DNA of 64,000 nt from Octopus vulgaris (taxonomy: Eukaryota). The stretch spans positions 118,234,001-118,298,000 of the forward strand of contig OX597820.1 in NCBI GenBank assembly GCA_951406725.2. Reading direction: 5' to 3'. This document shows positions 56,226 through 64,000 of this stretch, in pieces (within the stretch, counting starts at the first letter, position 1; every line of letters starts with the position of its first letter). The position numbers were made by a program, and so were the translations under genes. Under the pieces are notes generated by a model, which saw only the letters and a list, made by a program, of their open reading frames with translations, was not told the DNA's origin and did no database searches.

Positions 56226-56741
56226 AATTCAGTCCACTTGTCATCTGGTCATCCTGTATTCTCCATTGGCAAGGGCGTAATCGACGCCAAAACCGCTGGT
56301 GCGCTACAGCAGGTTAAATGCTGTATTGGGTTGAGTGACCCGCGGTTACATCTGAATTACCCACAACCTATAAGATCGCCTACACACACACACACATACA
56401 CACACCCTCACGCACAAAATCACACACACCATTATTATTCACTTATGCCAAGACGCAGAAGGAACTCATTCAAAAGGATCGCGTGGAAAAAGAAAACATC
56501 TATTCACACTCACGTACGTACACACATACTCACACGCAGATATGTGTGTGTGCGCGTATGTGTGTAAATGTGTGTACATGTGTGCGTGTAGGCATATATA
56601 TACGCATATGCATGTATATATATATATATATATAAAATTTATATATATATATATATACATATATATACACACACATATGTATAGATTTGTATATATATGT
56701 TTATATTTTTATATACGTATATATTTGTTGTATGTGTGTGA

Positions 56742-56805
<64 letters not shown>

Positions 56806-57799
56806 TTAAGTGTGTGAAACTCAAACAACATCTGACTGTTTTTATTTCCATCGATTTTTAAAAAAAAACTTTATTTTTCTTTTATTTGAAATTTTCTCCG
56901 TTTTATCAATTCTGGCAACACCATGAGTCATGGTGCTTAAGCTAGTAATAATGGATTTAGAGTTACTCTAGGGATTAAATTGGATTAAAGTCATAGTAAT
57001 CCATGTCTTACCTTACTCTGCCGTACAACGGTGGTCCAGCTCAAGTGAAGGAAACCTGCTAGAAATAGTAGCTAAATATAACAAGAATCGCATAGTACTG
57101 TGTTAGACCAGAACAAAAGATACATTGAACAATCTAGTTCTAAATAGATAACATGATGAGATGGTCACGGCTGTAACGCCATTTGTAATATAAACCAGCT
57201 TGAACAAGGATGACCCGAGAACAAACATCTGCAACAATTCCAACAACAACTGGACAACAAAAACGCTGATATTTCATAATACTTTGTGAAGACTGTTTGA
57301 AATCAGATCTTTTGATAAGAGGCTTAAGGCTTACCCTTCTCCAGCAGGATTGTTATTCGTTGGTAACATTTAAGTCTATTTCCTTGTCTTTCTAATCTAT
57401 TTTAATATTGCCTTCATGTAAAGTTTTGCTATCCAGTTCTTGTCAAACCAACATCGACTGGTATAGTTATAAATGTCTGAAACGATTCGCATTGACCGAG
57501 TTCGAAGCTGATCTACCAGTTCTTGAGACTATTATTCTTTCATTGGAATGTTTTTTTCTTTGTTCTATGATACACGGCTCGAGTATGAATGAGACAAATG
57601 GGCGCAGCTGTTTGGCGATGATGATTTGGCACGGCTGACTGGGCATTCAACGTATTTTTATGAAAGTACTTTTTGGCACTGGATACAAACACACAATGGC
57701 GCACGCGCACACTCGAGCGAATACAGACACTCACGCGCATCCGCGCACACTCGCACATTCATGCGCACACGCACGCGCGCGCAGAAATATGCACATACT

Positions 57800-58300
<501 letters not shown>

Positions 58301-58422
58301 ATATATTGATAGAAAGAGTGAGAGGGAGCGAGAGAGAGGGGGAGAGAGCGAGAGAAAGAAGGAGAGAGAAAAAGAGGGAGAGAGTTTGAGAGAAAGAGGA
58401 AGAGAAAAAGAGAGAGAAAGAA

Positions 58423-58484
<62 letters not shown>

Positions 58485-59005
58485 GGAAAAATATTAAAAT
58501 GCGAGAGCACCGCCAAATAAGTAGCGTCAAAATGGCTGCGCTGAAGCGTTTCATTCCGATGCAAACCTGGAATGATCGAGGCTGGAGTTTTGAATAATTG
58601 TTCCCTTAAGTCCCATACTGGAAATTGTGTTTCTGAAAGTTCAATTGTGTTTTGTTTTCAGCCTTCACTACACGACTTTCATACACTTTATTGTACCAGT
58701 TTGAGGGACAGCTGTTCCAAAATACCGCCAAAATGTTTTGTAACCTATCTACACAAGTCTCTTCGTTCTCGAAGCCACCGATGTTTACAAAAGGGAGATA
58801 AATCTGATTCAACTTGATAGCACTGTCTCGAGACTGCACTCATTAGCCACAAACCATTCCATATAGAATCTATAGCAATTCTACCGATCTTCCTCCACCC
58901 GGTTTTTTACTTTTTTGACCCAGTAGAACGCAGTGAGAAAGATTATGTGATCACCTGGCTTGTAGTAAATCGCGGTCCAATCTCCCTTTAATCATACCTT
59001 AACAA

Positions 59006-59225
59006 GCATTCCGTCGGCCTGTAAGAGCAGTGTTCCAGTTGATCCGATCAACGAAACTCCCTGCTCGTGAAATTGACGTGCAAATGGCTGAGCACTCCAC
59101 AGACACGCGTAACCTCCACGTAGTTCTCAGGGAGATTCAGCGTTTTAGCTGTATTTCAAAGGGTCAGCCTTTGAAATACAGGTACGACTCATTTTTGCCA
59201 GCTGAGTGGAATCAACGACGTTACT
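59006..59225 (-). mobile_element. Diverged SINE carrying the family A tail
   Basis: GTTGATCCGATCAACG..CTGCTCGTGAAATTGACGTGCAAATGGCTGAGCACTCCACAGACACG. Confidence 0.75.
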
Positions 59226-59489
59226 AAGCCAGGCGCCTTCACAATCATACCCTACTTGTATTGAGATAGAACACTTTAGATGATGTAGCCTCCAAAAGGC
59301 GAGATGGTCATAGCTGGAATGCCGTGGTTTACAGACATGTTCAATTTGCGTAGAACTGGGATAAAACAGCAAAAACAAGAAAATCAAAGGCAACAGCGAC
59401 ACAAGACTGCCGAGAGTTGGTAGATATTAAATCTATTGACAGACGGTTTAGTGCAATGCTTTTTATCTTAAAAAAAGATTTTTTTTTCT

Positions 59490-59690
59490 ATCCGTTTGGT
59501 CTGTTGAAAGAGCTGTACTTACGGCCTTTGCAGATTCTCTGTGATCTGTCAGACTGATGCGGTTAATGTTCTTTTTAGATTGTTGCAAATAGATGATTTC
59601 TGGGAAAAACATGAGTGAGTTGATGTAGGAAAGGAAAAGATGTAGTTTTTAGTACTGGACATCGAGATTCTGGTTTATATGTCTGTTCAT
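59490..59690 (-). mobile_element. Possible CR1-like LINE 3' end
   Basis: Frameshifted LTHVFP..YLQQSKKNINRISL; weak. Confidence 0.35.
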
Positions 59691-60013
59691 GTAATCTTAT
59701 ATAACATTTAAGCAGAGACAAACACTTAGGCACAATAAAAAATAAAAGGCATTTTTGAATTAGATTTAGATGTTGGTGTCATTATATGTGTTGTAGTTCA
59801 TAGTGCAGGGCATATAGGGTAGTTGCGTGGGTTGAAGAAACATGGGCGGGTAGAGAAGAGATGAATGAGATGAATGCCATTGACCACCTCGAAGAGTTTT
59901 AGTCGAACAAATCGATGACAATACGTTTTATGTTACGGAGAATTAGACGAACCAACACTTGTTATAGAGCAATAAGGAGACTGACACAAACGCAAAGACA
60001 TAAGCATATAAAC

Positions 60014-60660
60014 GTAGAATTCGGCATGAAAAAGATGTGGTGAAGCAAATCTTTGCTGAACCCTAATTATAAAATATTACTTAAGATTACCATGAAATGG
60101 TCTTTTTCATGCCGAATTCTACTTGGTGAAATTACTGATTACTTCTTAATTAATTAATTTTACCCTTTGTTATTATTGAAAATGGAATTTTTCTCCCTGA
60201 TAACAAACTACAGCTTCTCTCTGTAGCATCTTACCTGGCGACACGCGCTAATGGGCAGGTAAAGGTGATGAACTCACATTGGTATTTTGAATTTGGCGGC
60301 ACTAGCACTGAACATGATCGCTCTGATACCGTTAAGTGGAGAGATATATTCCAGTGCCTTCGAATTTAATATTTAATATCTAATATTGTTGGAATCCCAC
60401 GCTGATGAGTCGAAAATGGTTGGGTAAAGTATAATTCTATATTCTTTATACCGATCTAATTCCGAAACGCGCGTACGTGGGTAACCAAATATGGATTGAT
60501 TTTCGTTATTTTTCCTCTTTGCCTGCGTAGATTGTTTTCAAGTACTTTGGTTTTTCTGGGAGTCCCTTTTAAAGTAGAAGAAATAGCTAAGGTATTTTGA
60601 CTGGTATTTCTAAACTTCGGTATGTGGTGAAGCAAATCTTTGCTGAACCCTAATTATAAA
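60014..60660 (+). mobile_element. Retrozyme-like / Penelope pseudo-LTR unit (587-bp period)
   Basis: 39-bp perfect direct repeat at 60035-60073 and 60622-60660; 22-bp perfect inverted repeat at 60014-60035 and 60101-60122; internal hammerhead; (TA)n follows. Confidence 0.8.
60396..60481 (+). ncRNA. Type I hammerhead ribozyme with intact core
   Basis: cccacg CUGAUGA g..c GAAA cgcgcg UA cguggg; 6-bp stem I, palindromic stem III, GUA cleavage triplet (cut after 60475). Confidence 0.85.
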
Positions 60661-60707
60661 GTATGTTAATTCATATATATATATATATGCATGTATATAT
60701 ATATATA

Positions 60708-60766
<59 letters not shown>

Positions 60767-61169
60767 ATATATGCTTAATATGTATGTATATACATATACT
60801 AATTCACGTATACACACACACACACACATATATATATATACAAACATATACATATATCTTCACCACATACACACATGTGTATATATATATATATACATCA
60901 CTTTTCTGTATTAAGAGCTCTAAATATCCCGCTCCCAAGAAGACAACTGGAAGTCGCGCACTGTCAAACTTCCTGGAGACGTTCAAATTTATTTCAGAAA
61001 CTGATATACGATAGTCTTGGAATAATGAGAAATTCTTGGTTTATGTCTACAGAGCTATATACACGCACTTGTATCGAGAAACATTTGTAGATACATACAG
61101 GAATATACCCATAAAGATATGCCTACACAAATCCCAATACATGCATACATACATACATACATACATACA

Positions 61170-61200
<31 letters not shown>

Positions 61201-61378
61201 GTGTGTGTTTGTGTGTGTGAGTGTGTGTGGATATATCCGTTCATCTATATATACCATATATAGATATATATGAAACTACATTTCTGTTTGTCAATATATT
61301 ATTTGTGCAATTAGACATGTAAATGTATGCATACATATATCATACCGACACGTGTACATATATATCTACGTGTGTATG

Positions 61379-61447
<69 letters not shown>

Positions 61448-62518
61448 ATCTATAGACATGCACACACAAAAACATGTATCATATGTCTATATGAATGTAT
61501 GTATAAGTATGGAAGTATACATAAATATATTTTCGGTTGGAATGGTCGCCATTTTCTTTTCTCTCCAATGGCGTCATTTTACAATCTTTTTTCCTCCACA
61601 TTTACTACTTTGTTCTCATCTAGCAATACATTTGCTTTTTTATATACGCATTATTCATACACGCACAAACACGTACATACAGTCACGCATCCACACCCAC
61701 ACACACACACACACACGCTCATATACACATATATAGTTGTAGGTGTAACTATGCATAAACGTGTATCTAGTCATCTCTCTCTATATCTATATACATCAGA
61801 GATACATAAAAGATATATGTATCCGTTTAAATACAAACATATATATATATATGCACATATATATATATATTTATGTATGCGTGTGTGTGTGTGTGTTTCT
61901 GTGTGTGTTTTTGTATGCTGTGTGAATGTATATACAACTACAAAAAAAAACAACATACTAAGCTTGAAAAAATGTCAAAAATAAAAACAAAGTCTTAAAT
62001 AGATGCCATACGATTGAACGAGCTGCGCTATTTTAGATGCTATCCATCACCTTCTCTTGCCGTTCGTCCGCATTATACTCCATGGTAACGCATTCCTCGA
62101 GCCATCAATTTCGCAAACTGCTGTATTCTTTGTACACAAAAACTGAATAACAATAATAAATTACAGAATATAAATCGAACCATGTTTTGGTTCAGGTGCC
62201 ATTCCGAATAAACCGACTCAGTGTTAATCTAAGACAGGTCGTGGATGGCAGAGTTTTGTTGCATGTGGCGTACCGTGCATGTATTTGTGCGGCAATGTGT
62301 ATGCGTATGTGTTGGTCTCTGTGTGTGTGTAGTTGTATAGTATGTGCTTCCTTGTGACATATATATGTCTATATGTGTTTATATGTGTATGGTTTATTAT
62401 ATTAAGCTTACGAGTAAACGCGCATTAACAAATACACGCACCTACGTGAACATACATAGACTCGTAGACACAAACGCTATCTCTGTCTCTCACACATACA
62501 TGTATATATTTGCATATG

Positions 62519-62582
<64 letters not shown>

Positions 62583-63162
62583 CACACACAGGCGTGTATG
62601 ATTGTGGGTATATGTATAAGCATATATATGTAAGATATGTACATACATACACAAATACATACATACATACATACATACATACATACATACACAAATACAT
62701 ACATACATACATACATACATACATACATACATAATGCATGTGTGTGCGTATTTGTCTATCTGTCAGTCTATCTATGTATATTTGTTTGTACTGCATGTGT
62801 ATTTTTGCTAAACCATGATATGTATATTCCCCTAACAACCGCATTTCAATCCACTGTGGCTTCATTTCGGACGTAGAAAACTTTTGAATTCCATAAATTG
62901 ATACAATTCACGATATTTTCCTACGAATATTGACTGTAGGCTAGTTACTATTGTAGTCAGATAGTAATGGCAGGAAATATGCCAGCGTCGAGGAAACCCA
63001 AGAAAGGAAATGACTTCGGAGTTGTCTCTCTTGGTTGAATGACGGAAGATCATTATTATCTAACAATAATTTTCACTCTTAACCTTATTGGGATTATAAC
63101 ATGCTGATAATAGTGAAAATAATTTAATACACATATCTACAGTATATATATATATATATATA

Positions 63163-63235
63163 GACGAAGAGCGTATGCTCGAAATTAAAAAAAACTTTTT
63201 CCTGTATTTTTCCAGAACTGAAGCCCTAATACATA
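63163..63235 (+). mobile_element. Truncated Penelope-like end with a partial hammerhead
   Basis: GACGA AGAGC gtat GCTC GAAA..CTAATACAT, related to the element at 21740-21807; starts right at a (TA)n. Confidence 0.5.
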
Positions 63236-63769
63236 TCTTAGCTTTATTTATAGCTGAATGGCCCGTTGTTGCTGGGCAATTTTTACGATAGAATACTATA
63301 TATATATATATTTGTTTAATCTCTGCCAGATCATGCCTTCCTGACATGTGCAATTATTTTTTCCCTTTTTAAATTATTTACATGTCTGTTCGACCTTTAC
63401 ACATGACTTCATTCATTAAAACGTATTAAAACTTCAGGAGTTCTTACAACTTTGGTCGTCGTAATGCTTTGCGTTCGTTTGTTTAATAAAGATTCCTCCT
63501 TGCTTTCATTTTGTCATAAACAGCTATCATGCAGAAAATGCCAGATTCCAAATCCTGTTTTCTGATTAGGTAGAATCGACTAAACTTAAAAACTCAGTAA
63601 CATTTTTCTGCAATTTTTTGGAACAAATAAAGAACAAAATCGGATTTAACGTTGAAAATTGTTTCAATATACCAAACTTGAAAATTTTGATGTAATTCTA
63701 AAATCTCACAATATGTGAGAGCAACAGGGAAGACCCTACAAAAGTAGAGAGACAGACTGTTATAGGACA

Positions 63770-63850
<81 letters not shown>

Positions 63851-63918
63851 GAAACAGATACATATTTAGAAATGTACCCACACAGATAACCACTAGTTTA
63901 AAATGGAGTATAGTAGAC

Positions 63919-63949
<31 letters not shown>

Positions 63950-64000
63950 TGTATGTATGTATGTATGTATGTATGAATGTATGTATGTATGTATGTATGT

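Noticed and set aside
58646-58802. Possible exon after the acceptor-like TTTTGTTTTCAG, and ORF 58606..58839
   Set aside because: No recognisable protein similarity or convincing donor site; it cannot be supported without transcript data.

Overview
AT-rich eukaryotic DNA saturated with microsatellites. I found no credible host protein-coding gene: nearly every ORF in the track is a translation of simple repeats, and the few non-repetitive peptides I can recognise are transposon debris. The repeat repertoire suggests an octopod cephalopod (Octopus-like) intron or intergenic region; this is an inference. Contents: (i) about 30 copies of at least three tRNA-derived SINE families, several with clean target-site duplications; (ii) decayed Penelope-like (GIY-YIG), RTE, CR1-like, Tx1/L1-like and RLE-type (R4/Dong-like) retroelement fragments; (iii) a Helitron, a palindromic mariner derivative, a Tc1 fragment and a foldback element with an 8-bp TSD. 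The most interesting hidden layer is RNA structure. About ten type I hammerhead ribozyme motifs from several unrelated sequence families, some intact and some decayed, sit in Penelope-like 3' ends that mostly abut (TA)n tracts. One is an intact hammerhead inside a 587-bp directly repeated, retrozyme-like unit at 60014-60660. Other elements appear to partition the microsatellites as insertion sites: (TACA)n for the RLE-type LINE and (TAA)n for a 560-bp non-coding element. Coordinates were read by eye and the ends of decayed elements are approximate.
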